From Rebecca billardiae RCC1528 (lineage: Eukaryota > Protista > Haptophyta), in assembly GCA_965240325.2 (NCBI GenBank), contig OZ251222.1, positions 3,844,001 to 3,908,000 of the forward strand: a stretch of 64,000 nt of DNA. The letters are read 5' to 3'. Below the pieces are notes generated by a model. It was not told where the DNA came from. It did not search any database and worked only from the letters and a program-made list of their open reading frames with translations. Within the stretch, counting starts at the first letter, position 1; each line of letters opens with the position of its first letter. The translations under genes were made by a program, and so were the position numbers. This document shows positions 44,753 through 54,795 of the stretch, one piece after another.

Positions 44753-46690
44753 TCATCGCTGTCTCCTCTCATCGTCGGTCAGGAGGAGGGCCAACTGCGC
44801 TTCGTCACATGCATCGGCCGAGTAGCCGACGCCGGACTCGCTCTCGCACATCACCCACTTGCGCACATAGTCCTCGTCCTTGTTCTCGTGCACCATGCGC
44901 ACGGTGCCAGAGAGAGCCTCGCTGTTTGCACCATTCATGACGCTCGGCAGCGCGAGGGGCACGACGATGACGACGAAGAGCAGCGGCAGAAAGATCGCGC
45001 AGCACGCGTCGAGGCCAGTCGCGATCTTCCTTGCAGCCGGGCCGTGCACCTCGGTCATGTCGTCATCCCGCTTGAGCCGCCTGACTGCCTCGGCAGCCAA
45101 CGACGCTGCGACGGACGGCAGAGACTGGTCAGGACCTGCCGCCACGCGTAGCCTGTCCGATCGCGCTGGTGCGTGTGAGGCGTCCGGTGCGCTCGTGGAC
45201 GCCGGCTCGGGCGAGGGCACCAACGGGGTGACACGCACGGACGGGTGAAGTGGAGCCGACCCAGACACCCGTTGGGGCGAAGCCGGCTCGGAACTGTGCG
45301 CGCGGCTGCGCCTCGCCTCCTGCCAGCCCGCATCACCCGCGTTCTCCTGCTCATAGCCCTTCTCGGCCATCCAACGCCGACGCATCACGGCGAGGCGCGT
45401 GACGCGCGGGTCGGTGACGAGGGGCGTGTTGCGCGCGAGCCAGAGCCACCCCTTCATCACCCACTGCACCGCCCAGCTGTGCGTCTCAGAGAGAGTCAGC
45501 GTCTCGCTCCGGTTGGCCACGATCTCCAGCCAGTCAGGGAAGGTGATGTGCGGGATGCCGTCATCGCCCAAGCGCTTGTCCACGTCTGCCAGGATGGCCT
45601 TCACCATCTTCTCGTCGAGGCCGAGCCGGCTGACGGCCTCGACCAGCTCGTCGCGCTCGAGCTCGCCGTTGTCGTTGCGGTCGACCTCGTGGAACATCTT
45701 GAGCAGTCGGTGCTCCGAGTAGTAGCCAGCGTTGGGGCGCACGTTGTGCAGCGAGACGGCGACGATCGAGATGACGGTCACCAGTAACATTGAACTTTGA
45801 CTCACCATGTAAAGAGAGGAGATCATCGTCCAGCGGTTCACCTTGGGCACTTCGTCGTGCGCGACGAGGTAGATGGCGACGACGGTGAGCAGCACCGTCA
45901 CGGAGAGCGAGATGCGCTCGCCCGAGTCGGGCGTGAGCACGAAGCTGCAGAAGCCGACCGCGGTGGACACGATTAACGGTAGGATGATCGAGTACGTGTA
46001 CGCCAGGTACTCGCGCCGAATCTGCAGGAAGAACTTGATCGTGGGGTACGGCTCGGGGCAGCACGAGTAGTACTGGTTCTCGTACACGCTGCGCGCCTCG
46101 ATGAGCTTGAACTCGGTGTGCTGGTGGAAGCCGTCAATGACCACGGGCACCTGGTTGCTGTCGCCGTCGAGCCGTGGCAGCACGCCCAGCTGGAAGCCGT
46201 TCATGTTCCAGCTGCCCAGGGTGAAGTTGCACGTCTGCGTGTCGAAAGGGAAGTCGTCCAGCTGCATCAGGCAGTGCATCGTGATCGTCGTGGGCTGCGC
46301 CGAGAAGAGGTCGCCGGTGTGGTACACCTGGGCCATCACCTCAAAGGGGACAGACTGCTCGATCGTCTCGTACACGACCACGTCCGGCGTCCAGATCAGG
46401 TCGCGAGGCATGATGTACGACGTGCGCCCTCCCCACTCGGCCGGGTCCCACGTCAGCCGCTCGTCGCGCCAATACTGGCGGAACCATGCCTGGAGCTTGA
46501 TCGACTGCACGGCAGTGTCCATTTCGATGATATTCTGCATGTTCATCTGCATGCGCGCGACCGGCAGGATGGCCGGCGGCGAGAGGCGGTTGTAGTTCCC
46601 GAGCAGCGCGGAGCCAAGATCTGTCTGATTGCCATCGAACGCTGCTGCGCGCGAGACGAGCGCGCATGCCAGGAGCACGCTGCGCCGCAT
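44753..46690 (-). CDS. Cys-loop pentameric ligand-gated ion channel, nAChR alpha-like, with EF-hands in the M3-M4 loop
   Basis: It has a signal peptide, WTPDVVVY, Cys-loop CLMQLDDFPFDTQTC, GSW, YYSCCPEPY, M2 SGERISLSVTVLL, four TM helices and EF loop DRNDNGELERDE. Confidence 0.93.
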   Translation of the reverse strand: MRRSVLLACALVSRAAAFDGNQTDLGSALLGNYNRLSPPAILPVARMQMNMQNIIEMDTAVQSIKLQAWFRQYWRDERLTWDPAEWGGRTSYIMPRDLIWTPDVVVYETIEQSVPFEVMAQVYHTGDLFSAQPTTITMHCLMQLDDFPFDTQTCNFTLGSWNMNGFQLGVLPRLDGDSNQVPVVIDGFHQHTEFKLIEARSVYENQYYSCCPEPYPTIKFFLQIRREYLAYTYSIILPLIVSTAVGFCSFVLTPDSGERISLSVTVLLTVVAIYLVAHDEVPKVNRWTMISSLYMVSQSSMLLVTVISIVAVSLHNVRPNAGYYSEHRLLKMFHEVDRNDNGELERDELVEAVSRLGLDEKMVKAILADVDKRLGDDGIPHITFPDWLEIVANRSETLTLSETHSWAVQWVMKGWLWLARNTPLVTDPRVTRLAVMRRRWMAEKGYEQENAGDAGWQEARRSRAHSSEPASPQRVSGSAPLHPSVRVTPLVPSPEPASTSAPDASHAPARSDRLRVAAGPDQSLPSVAASLAAEAVRRLKRDDDMTEVHGPAARKIATGLDACCAIFLPLLFVVIVVPLALPSVMNGANSEALSGTVRMVHENKDEDYVRKWVMCESESGVGYSADACDEAQLALLLTDDERRQR

Positions 46691-46869
46691 GCCCAAGCAG
46701 TCGACTTGGCCGTGTTCACTTGCGCCCCCACCCCGGACGGTTGCAAGGGGCAGGCTCGACCGTTACGTTAAAACATAGTAAACTGTATGATACCAACACT
46801 GACTCCATACTGTAATACCCACATTACCCGCCCACGTATCATCAGATCATGCAGAGTCGCGTCGCGTCA

Positions 46870-48003
46870 TCAATGATCAATCATAGTAAGGTCGCCCAGC
46901 CCGAAGAGCCGCTCGTACTCGGCGAGCACCCGCTCCCGGATGGGCTGGCTCTCGGCGAACAGCGCGCGCTGGTACGCGCGGTAGGCGGCGCGCCCGCGGC
47001 TCGTCTCCACGCGGATCGGTGACAGGTCCGCCAGCGTGAGCGGTGAAAGCTGGTGCGCGCCGTGCGGCACGGGCGCGGGCGCGTCGTCATCGTCGCCCTC
47101 CGCGCCTGCGGTGGCTGGCGGGCTGGCACACGCCCAGCGCGACACGTCGTACGGAGAGGCGCGCATGTCAAGGACCCGCGCCTTGAGCGCGAGGCGCAGC
47201 GTGAGCGGCACCAGCGACGCGTCGACGTACGGCATCGCCTTGAGCACCCACTTGAACAGGTCCATCGCGGCGTGCACGCACGCGGGCTGCTCCGCGGCGG
47301 GCTGCCCCGGGCGCGTCAGCTCGCCCAGGCGGTTGAGCGGGCGCGCCGGCTCGGTGAAGAAGCGGAATGCGTCGTAGTGCGTGCACCGGATGGGCGTGGA
47401 CTCGACGCACGCGTTCAGCTCGTCTTGACTCACGCGCAGCGGCACCGCTCGCTGGTGGCGCTGCGGCGGCGGGACGCCCGCCTCGGTCGCGGCGGACGGG
47501 TGATACAGCATCGCCCACTCGTGCAGGCCGTGGCAGAGGAAGTGCGGCTCGCGGCCGACGGAGGCGCGGAGCACCTCGAGCCCGTGCCGAAGGGCCCCGA
47601 GCTTGCGCTGCGTCAGCGCGCCACCGTCCGGCGCCAGCACGAGCGCGCCCGTCTCCTCGTCGAGCGCCCAGTGCTTGGCGGTTGGGATCATTTTGCCCAA
47701 GTCAGCCCTGGCGACGCCTTGCAGGCCGACGCCGAGGCCGGGACTCCAGTGAAGGAGCTGCTTCGGCTTAAATGAGTAGTACTCGAAGACGAAGTTGCGG
47801 ATTGGGTCGTCGCGGTCGTACGCCAAGCTGTCGTCCGTCCCGATGGCCGAAAGGACGCGATCGCGGTGCGCCCGTGCCCGCGCCCGCCACTCGTCTGGCC
47901 GAAGCACGGCGGAGACGGCAGGCGCGCGCGCAGCGACGCTCGTCAGGGCGGATTTGCCTGCGCCCGTGGCCATGGTCGCCGCGAGCATACAGGAGAGTAG
48001 CAT
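46870..48003 (-). CDS. Conserved bacterial-type protein of unproven function (family often labelled 3-methyladenine DNA glycosylase)
   Basis: Motifs are FVFEYY, CHGLHEWAMLY, CTHYDAFRFFT, EQPACVHAAMDLFKW and LDMRASPYD. The family was recognised from memory. Confidence 0.7.
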   Translation of the reverse strand: MLLSCMLAATMATGAGKSALTSVAARAPAVSAVLRPDEWRARARAHRDRVLSAIGTDDSLAYDRDDPIRNFVFEYYSFKPKQLLHWSPGLGVGLQGVARADLGKMIPTAKHWALDEETGALVLAPDGGALTQRKLGALRHGLEVLRASVGREPHFLCHGLHEWAMLYHPSAATEAGVPPPQRHQRAVPLRVSQDELNACVESTPIRCTHYDAFRFFTEPARPLNRLGELTRPGQPAAEQPACVHAAMDLFKWVLKAMPYVDASLVPLTLRLALKARVLDMRASPYDVSRWACASPPATAGAEGDDDDAPAPVPHGAHQLSPLTLADLSPIRVETSRGRAAYRAYQRALFAESQPIRERVLAEYERLFGLGDLTMIDH

Positions 48004-48167
48004 TGGCACCCAAGGGCAAGCGCTCAGGAGCCAGCCGCCATCGCCGAGCAGACAGCAGTTCGATGCAGGCGAGTCCGGCCGGCCCGCAAGCGCGGGACTG
48101 GAAGTCTGGAACGGCGTGAAGACAGTGTGGTCAAGGCGGCAAGCGGCCAGCTTCTCGAGCGCGCGCG

Positions 48168-49283
48168 ATGCATCTGCTCAGCTTGATGATCCCGCTCTCC
48201 TCGGCGCGCGCTGCGGCGGCCGGGAGCCGTACGCTCGCGTCTGCAGCTGTGCCCTCACGACTGCGCCCGTGGTTTGCACACGGCAGCTCGCTCGGCCGTG
48301 ACCGGGCCGCCCTCGCGCCTGCCGACGCGGACGAGGCGCTGCGCTCGGGCAAATTCATTCCAGTCACGAGCCGGCTAGAGTCGTTCACGACCCGCGCTGA
48401 GGACGGCGACTCGCTGCGAGCAGTGGAGCTCTCGTACGCCGATCTGCCCAAGAACCACCTCGAGGCCGCCCACTGGGCATGGATCGGCCGGAAGGGCGAG
48501 GACGGCGACCACGTGTTTGCGGTGGAGGTGCCGAGCGCGGTGGTTGAGAGCGCATGCGCCGGCGAGCCGCTCGAGCGCGCGCCGCTGCGCGACGTGGCGG
48601 ATCGGATGACGTGCCCGGATGAGGCCGCGCTGCTCAGCTCCGCGCGAGGGCTCATCCACTTCCACGCCTCGAACGGCTTCTGCCAGCGCTGCGGCCAGCC
48701 GACCGAGCCGTACAAGCTCGGCGCCGCGCGCCGGTGCACGGACGGCGACACGTGTCGGTCGCGCACGTACCCGCGCATCGACCCCGCGGCGATCATGCTG
48801 GTCACGTCGCCCGTGAGCGTGGACGGCGGCGCGCACGCGCTCCTCGGGCGCAAGCGCGGCTGGCCCGCGGGCCGCTGGAGCACGCTCGCCGGCTTCGCCG
48901 AGGTGGGCGAGACGCTGGAGGAGGCGGTGTGCCGCGAGGTGTACGAGGAGGCGGGCGTGGCCGTGCTGCACGAGTCGGTCCGCTTCGTCGCGTCGCAGCC
49001 GTGGCTGTTCCCGCAGTCGCTGATGATCGGCTTCAGCGCCGAGGCGGCGCCGGCCGAGGGCGCCGACGTGGACCCCGCGACCGGCCTGCCGCGCATCGCC
49101 GTCGACGACGAGATGGAGGACTGCGGCTGGTTCGCTCGCGAGTACGTGCGCGAACGGCTCGACCGCGGCGCCATTTCGCTCGTTGCGCGGACGGAGGGCA
49201 CGCCTGCCGAGGAGTTCCACATCCCTGGCAAGGTCTCGATGGCCCACCTGCTCATCTCGGAGTGGGCGCGCGCGGATGCCTGA
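48168..49283 (+). CDS. NADH pyrophosphatase (NudC/NUDT12-13-like Nudix)
   Basis: It has Zn ribbon FCQRCG...RRC...C, YPRIDPA, Nudix box GFAEVGETLEEAVCREVYEEAG and signature SQPWLFPQSLMIG. Confidence 0.92.
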   Translation: MHLLSLMIPLSSARAAAAGSRTLASAAVPSRLRPWFAHGSSLGRDRAALAPADADEALRSGKFIPVTSRLESFTTRAEDGDSLRAVELSYADLPKNHLEAAHWAWIGRKGEDGDHVFAVEVPSAVVESACAGEPLERAPLRDVADRMTCPDEAALLSSARGLIHFHASNGFCQRCGQPTEPYKLGAARRCTDGDTCRSRTYPRIDPAAIMLVTSPVSVDGGAHALLGRKRGWPAGRWSTLAGFAEVGETLEEAVCREVYEEAGVAVLHESVRFVASQPWLFPQSLMIGFSAEAAPAEGADVDPATGLPRIAVDDEMEDCGWFAREYVRERLDRGAISLVARTEGTPAEEFHIPGKVSMAHLLISEWARADA

Positions 49284-49878
49284 TCAGGCGACGGACGACG
49301 CCGACGCGCTTGCTGCGTCGTGCGCTGTGACCCAGTCGTCGTGTGTAGTTTGCTGAGTCCGTGCAGTAGGCCCCGGTCACCGTGCAGGCGCCGCGGCGGC
49401 TCGCAGGCACGCGGCCGCACGCCCGCACGGGCACCCGCTGCGAGGCTAAGATTAGCAGTAGCTAGATCGGATAGTCGTCTTGAACACATGATGTCGTCCG
49501 GATAGCAACTTAGCAACTCTGTATTCTAGTGATGAACTTACTGCTTAGACGGACTTTAGACTATAACTACAGTCTGCTAACTATATATATATATAGTTAT
49601 TATTAATAATATAATATATGATATATATAATTAATATTATTGCTGCGCTGACTGTGACGCGCTCGAGAGAGTCTCGGAGAAGTCGGAGAGCGGCTGATAT
49701 GAGTGATATATGTCGTATCGTCATCAGCATCACCAGCAGCCGCAATGATGATGATAGTAATAACGACATCATGAGCCGGGCAAGATGTCACAGTAGTAGT
49801 AAATCCTCATCCTTCACTCAGACTGACTTCGCGCCGTGACTCACTCGGCTGAAAGTGAGTGAAGCCGTGAAGCGAGGC

Positions 49879-52800
49879 TCAGCCGTCCAGCAGCGAGAAG
49901 AAGGTGATCTCGCCGACAACGAGGCGCTCGAGCCACTCGCCGAGCTCGTCCGGCGACATGGGGCCCGTGTAGTACGCGCCGCGCGTGCGCTCGATGTCGG
50001 ACGCGCGGCGCAGCGCGATGCAGCCGCAGCGCCGCAGCACGGCCTGCACGCGGTGGAAGATTGGGTTGCCGCCGTCCGGCTGCGCACGCACACGCGCAGC
50101 GCGCGGAGTGCGGCTAGTCGCGTCAGCTCGCGGTGGGCGGGGCGCGCGTCGGGTGCACGGCGCGGGCGCGCCGCGCGCACCTCGCCCAGGTCCACCACCG
50201 CAAACACGAAGCGCCGACTCCCCCTGTACCGGTGTGACGCGAGCGTCTGCGCGGTCGCGAGGCACCGCCTGCGCCGGCCGAGCGTGCGCGCGCGCGGGGG
50301 GCGCGTCAGAGGAGGGGGTGGTGCAAGGCCGAGCGCGCAGCGGGCAGCGCGCAGCGGGCAGCGCGCAGCGGGCAGCGCGCAGCGGGCAGCGCGCAGCGGG
50401 CAGCGCGCAGCGGGCAGCGGGCAGCGCGCAGCGGGCAGCGGGCGCGCACTTGGAGGTGTAGATGTTCGAGCCGATCGGCAGCAGCACGAGGAAGGGAGCC
50501 AGGGAGAGCGCGGTGGCGACGCCGCCCGCGTGCAGCCTGAGCACCGAGCCCGCGCCCTCGTCCGCTCCCGACGGCTCCTCCGCGCGGCCGCGCCCGTTGT
50601 GGAACGAGCCGCTCGCGCTGCCGGAGAACGAGGACGATGCGTCGTCGTAGTGCGCGTGGCGCGCCGAGCCGCGCTGCTGCGCGCCGGAGCCGTCCGGCCG
50701 CCTCCGCTCGCCCCCTCTGCCCGCGCCCTCCGCCCCCGGCTCAGGGTGTGCGGACGAGTCGCGCGAGCGGCCGTCGTCTCTCGAGCGCGCGCCCGAGGCG
50801 CCGCCGCGCGCGTCGGCGGCGCCGCCCGCGCGGCCGTTGGCGCCGGCGGCGCGGCCCTCCGCGCTCGCGCCCTGCGCGCCCGCGCCGCCGCCCGCCGCGC
50901 TCCCCTCGCCCTGCGCCCACGCGCCGCGCAGCAGGAAGGCGAGCAGCGCCACCCCGACCGGCAGCGTGAGGTACAGCGCCAGCCTCTGCTGGAAGGGCAG
51001 CAGCTCACCAAAGAGCAGCGCGTACCCGCGCGCGAAGATGGACGGGGGCGCGTCGGCGAGCAGCGGCGGCAGCTCGGACGAGCCGCGCGCCGCGCGCACC
51101 GTGCCGCCCAGCACGCCGTCAGCCCAGCCGAGCAGCGCGCGCGCCGCGCCGCTCGGAGGCGTGAGCGTCGGCAGCGGCTCGGGGTAGACCGCCCAGCGCG
51201 CGGCCGCGAGGCCGTCGGCGGCGGGCAGCAGGAGCGCGATCGCGGGGAGCGGGGGCGTGGCGGCGGCGGGGCGGGCGCCCGCGGGCCTCGCGCCGGCCCT
51301 GCTGCCGCCCGCGCCGCCGCCCGCGCCGCCGCTGCCCAGCAGCGCGCGCACGAGGGGCGCCTGCCGCGCGCCGTCCACCACCGCCCAGCGCACGCGCGGC
51401 TCGGCGCCGCGCGCGTCCGCGCGCGCCTCCGCCTCCGCCTCGCGCACGAGCGCGAGCGCTGCCGCGCACCGCGCGCCGGCGGGGTTGTCGCACAGCAGCA
51501 GCGCGCAGCCGTGCGCGCCGTGCGCGCCGCGCACGGCGCGCACACACAGCCGGTGCACGTTCGACGCGCGCAGCAGCGGCACGCGCGGCCCCGCGCGCCC
51601 CTCGAGCAGCGTGACCAGCCGCACGCGCACCGCCGCCTCGGCGGAGAGGCCGGCCGCCGCCTCGTCCAGCGCGGGGTCGTGCCCGCTCGACAGCGGGATC
51701 ACGTCGGGCGGCTGGCCGACGCCGTCCCTCCACACCGCGACAGACGGCAGCTCTCGCGCGCCCAGCTCGCGCGCCACCTCCGACCCCGCCGAGCGCCCGC
51801 CCACCCCGCCGGAGACGTGCACGTGCCCGAGCACGTACCGCACGCCGCCGTTCCCCGCCGCCACGCCGCCCTCCGCCGAGCCGCCGACGAAGCGGTGCGA
51901 GACGTACCGGAAAAGCAGCGAGTCGCCCGACGGGTGCGAGGACAGCACGACCACCGGCGTGCGCTCGTCCGCGGGCGAGCCCGTGCGCGAGCCGTGCCGC
52001 CGCAAGAAGTCGCGCAGGAAGCGGCCGTTGGCGATGCGCGAGACGCGCGCGGACGGGAAGAAGCGACGGCTCCACTCGCCCACCGCCTCGGCGCTCAGCT
52101 GCGCGCCGTAGTACGCCGTCGCGCGCGCCGCGTCGCCGCCCTCGTCGCCGACCATCACAACCGTCGGCAGCCGGTGCACGATCGAGCGGTACCGGCGCAG
52201 GATCTCCCAGTTGGTGCGCTGCGCGCACGAGCGCACGCGCACGGGGGCGGCGAGGGCGCGGGGCGTGCGCGGCAGCGGACGGCGGCTCGCGTGAGCCGGG
52301 CCGGGCGCGGGCACGGCGCGGCGCGCGCACGCGGCTGGGCGCGGCACGGCGCGGCGCGCGCGCGTACGCCGTTGGTGTTCACGCGCCCCAGCCGGATCAT
52401 CGGGTACATCCGCTCGGCCAGCGCCTCCCACTCGGGCGCAAACCGCACGGACTGGTCGGAGCTGTCCGAGTAGAAGAGCACAAGCCACAGCCGGCGCTGC
52501 GGCCCGCCCGGCCCGCTCTCGCGCGCGCCGACGAGGAGGTCCCAGTTGCGGTAGTCCAGGTCGACGGTCTGCGAGAAGATGGGCCGGTAGCTCGGCCGCC
52601 CGCCGCGGCCGTACGCCCCGCCCCCGAACTGGCGCCCAAACATCATCTCCTCGAACGGGTCGACGCGCTGGTGCGCCGAGCCGCCGCGGCCGCCGCGCGG
52701 CGGGGCGCGGTTGGCGTACTCGGGGCCGTACGCGTCGTACTGCCGGCGGGTCTCCGCGTCGGACAGCGTCTCGTACGCCTGCGCGATCGCCGCGAACTTC

Positions 52801-52988
52801 TCGGCCGCGTTCGGGTCGTCCGACTTGTCCGGGTGGAACTGCTTCGCCTTTGCGCGGTATGCCGCTTTGATCTCGTCGACGGTGGCGCTGCGGCGGACGC
52901 CCAGGTCGGAATAGTAGTCGGCCGCCGCCGAGACGCAGAGCGCCAGCGCGAACGCGAGCGTCGTGCGGCTTCGGCGCGCGCCCCGCAT
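49879..52988 (-). CDS. DNAJC16-like protein (signal peptide, J domain, thioredoxin-like fold, TM)
   Basis: J domain DYYSDLGV...HPD...AYETLSD. The Trx-like segment LVLFYSDSSDQSVRFAPEW lacks CxxC. Predicted introns are 52219-52367, 50269-50449 and 50080-50180. Confidence 0.85.
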
Positions 52989-52998
52989 CGGCGCGATC

Positions 52999-53393
52999 GC
53001 CTCTCGATCCGCCCGGCCGAGCGCTCGAGCGCGCGCGCGATCCCGGCCTCGATGTGCTCGAGCGCCTGCTTGCGCGGAAGACCCAGGCGCCCGGCCGCTG
53101 CCTGAGCGGCACATGCCTGCGGCCGCGTGGCGCTCCCACGATGGCGGCCGACGACCGCGATGCAATCATGGCGGCGTTGGATGAGGCTGTGCCCCCTGTC
53201 CTCGCGGATGACGACGATGGCACGGGCGTGCCGCTGCGCGAACAGCGCGCCATCTCCGCGTACGCGCGCTCTGCGCGCCGCGCCGCCGAGCTCCTCGCCG
53301 CCGCGCCGGACGAGGCCGTCCAGCCGTCGCTCGAGCACATCGAGGCCGGGATCGCGCGCGCGCTCGAGCGCTCGGCCGGGCGGATCGAGAGGC
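52999..53393. repeat. Perfect 66-bp inverted repeat (arms 52999-53064 and 53328-53393)
   Basis: The arms are exact reverse complements. The peptide LEHIEAGIARALERSAGRIER appears in ORFs on opposite strands. Confidence 0.95.
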
Positions 53394-54520
53394 AGGTGGG
53401 CTGGAGCATCCACTTCAGCTCGCGCCTGCTCACGCTGAGCCTGGCCTCCGAGCTGCGCACAGGCGCGGACTTTGCGCTGCGAGTGCTGCGGCCCGCGCTC
53501 CGATTGCTCGCGCTCGGCGCGGCCGTGCCCTCATACCTCCAGCTGCTGCGCACGTGCGTCGACCGCGTCCTCGCGCAAGTCGACGGCGTGCGCACGCTCG
53601 CCGAGACGCTCGTGCGCAGTGCCGACCCGCGGAGCGGCGGGCCCAACGCGCCGGCCGGCCCCGAGCGTGCCGCAGCCCTGCTCGCCATCAGCCTCGTCTT
53701 CAGCAGCGCCGTCGCGGCGAGCGGCGGCGCGCTCCGCGGCGCCTCGCCCTCGACGCAGGAGGCTGCGCTCGCCCTGCTCGAGTGCGCGCTGGCGTGTATC
53801 CGCGGCCCTGGGCACGACGGTCCGGCGCAGGCGGCGGCGTGCGCCGCTCTGTGCTCCGCCGTCCGCCTGAGCGCCTCGCTCCCTCGCGACGCAGACTGGC
53901 TGCGCGCCGCGGCCGTGCGCGGCGTCGAGCAAGCGCTGGGAGCGTTCCCTCAGCCGCTGCCGCTGCGCGCGGTCGCAGCGGTGGCGGACGTGGCGATGGG
54001 CGCGGGCGGCGGGGTGCACGGCGTGCTGCCCACGAGCGAGAGCACGCAGCTCAGCCTGAGCGCTGTGCGTGCGGTCGAGCAGCGCGCGCGTGCGCTGCTC
54101 CCCGCAGACGGCGCAGCGTGCGACGGCCTGGTGCGCGTGCTCGGCGCTCAGCTGCACCGCACGCACGGCGCGCGCGTGCAGGCCGAGCTGCAGGGCGCGC
54201 TCGAGCGGCTGCTGCTCGGCGCGGCGGCGGCGGCGGCTGACGGGCACGCCGCGCTGTGGCAGCGGCTGGGCGAGCCTGCCCACGCGCGTGCCACACCCGA
54301 CTCGGAGCGGGCGGGCGCGGGCGGGCGCGGCGCGGCGGCGGCGCTGGGCAGCGGGCAGGGGACGCTGTGGCAGGCGCTGCTCTCGACCGTGCGCGATGCC
54401 GTGTGCGACGATGCCGCGAGCTACAACAAGCACACGCTGGCACGCTGGTTCCTCGACGTCGGGCGTCGCGTCGCCGACATTGCTGGCGCCGGGCCGCCGA
54501 TGCCGCGCAGCAAGTTGTGA
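53141..54520 (+). CDS. Uncharacterised alpha-helical protein
   Basis: The ORF of about 459 aa from ATG 53141 has coding-like GC3 bias, is Leu/Ala-rich and has a C-terminal YNKHTLARWFL. Confidence 0.65.
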   Translation: MAADDRDAIMAALDEAVPPVLADDDDGTGVPLREQRAISAYARSARRAAELLAAAPDEAVQPSLEHIEAGIARALERSAGRIERQVGWSIHFSSRLLTLSLASELRTGADFALRVLRPALRLLALGAAVPSYLQLLRTCVDRVLAQVDGVRTLAETLVRSADPRSGGPNAPAGPERAAALLAISLVFSSAVAASGGALRGASPSTQEAALALLECALACIRGPGHDGPAQAAACAALCSAVRLSASLPRDADWLRAAAVRGVEQALGAFPQPLPLRAVAAVADVAMGAGGGVHGVLPTSESTQLSLSAVRAVEQRARALLPADGAACDGLVRVLGAQLHRTHGARVQAELQGALERLLLGAAAAAADGHAALWQRLGEPAHARATPDSERAGAGGRGAAAALGSGQGTLWQALLSTVRDAVCDDAASYNKHTLARWFLDVGRRVADIAGAGPPMPRSKL

Positions 54521-54795
54521 GCGACTCAGCGCAGCCGGCCTGGGCAGGGGAGTCTCCTGAGACCTGATGAGTCTGGGATGCCTTTCCGCTTTGACCGGCG
54601 ATCAGTCGCGGGCTCCGTTGTCACTGACTATGTATCATCATACAATGCTGACGTTGATGAATGCATAGTCATCAATTACCACATACCGTAAAAAGTACCC
54701 GCACCAAGGTTGCAACCTACCCGCACGGGCACGGCGGCAGCACGCACGGGCGGGTGGTTGCTCAGTGCCTGTCGTCCCTCTCGTTGTCACCGACC

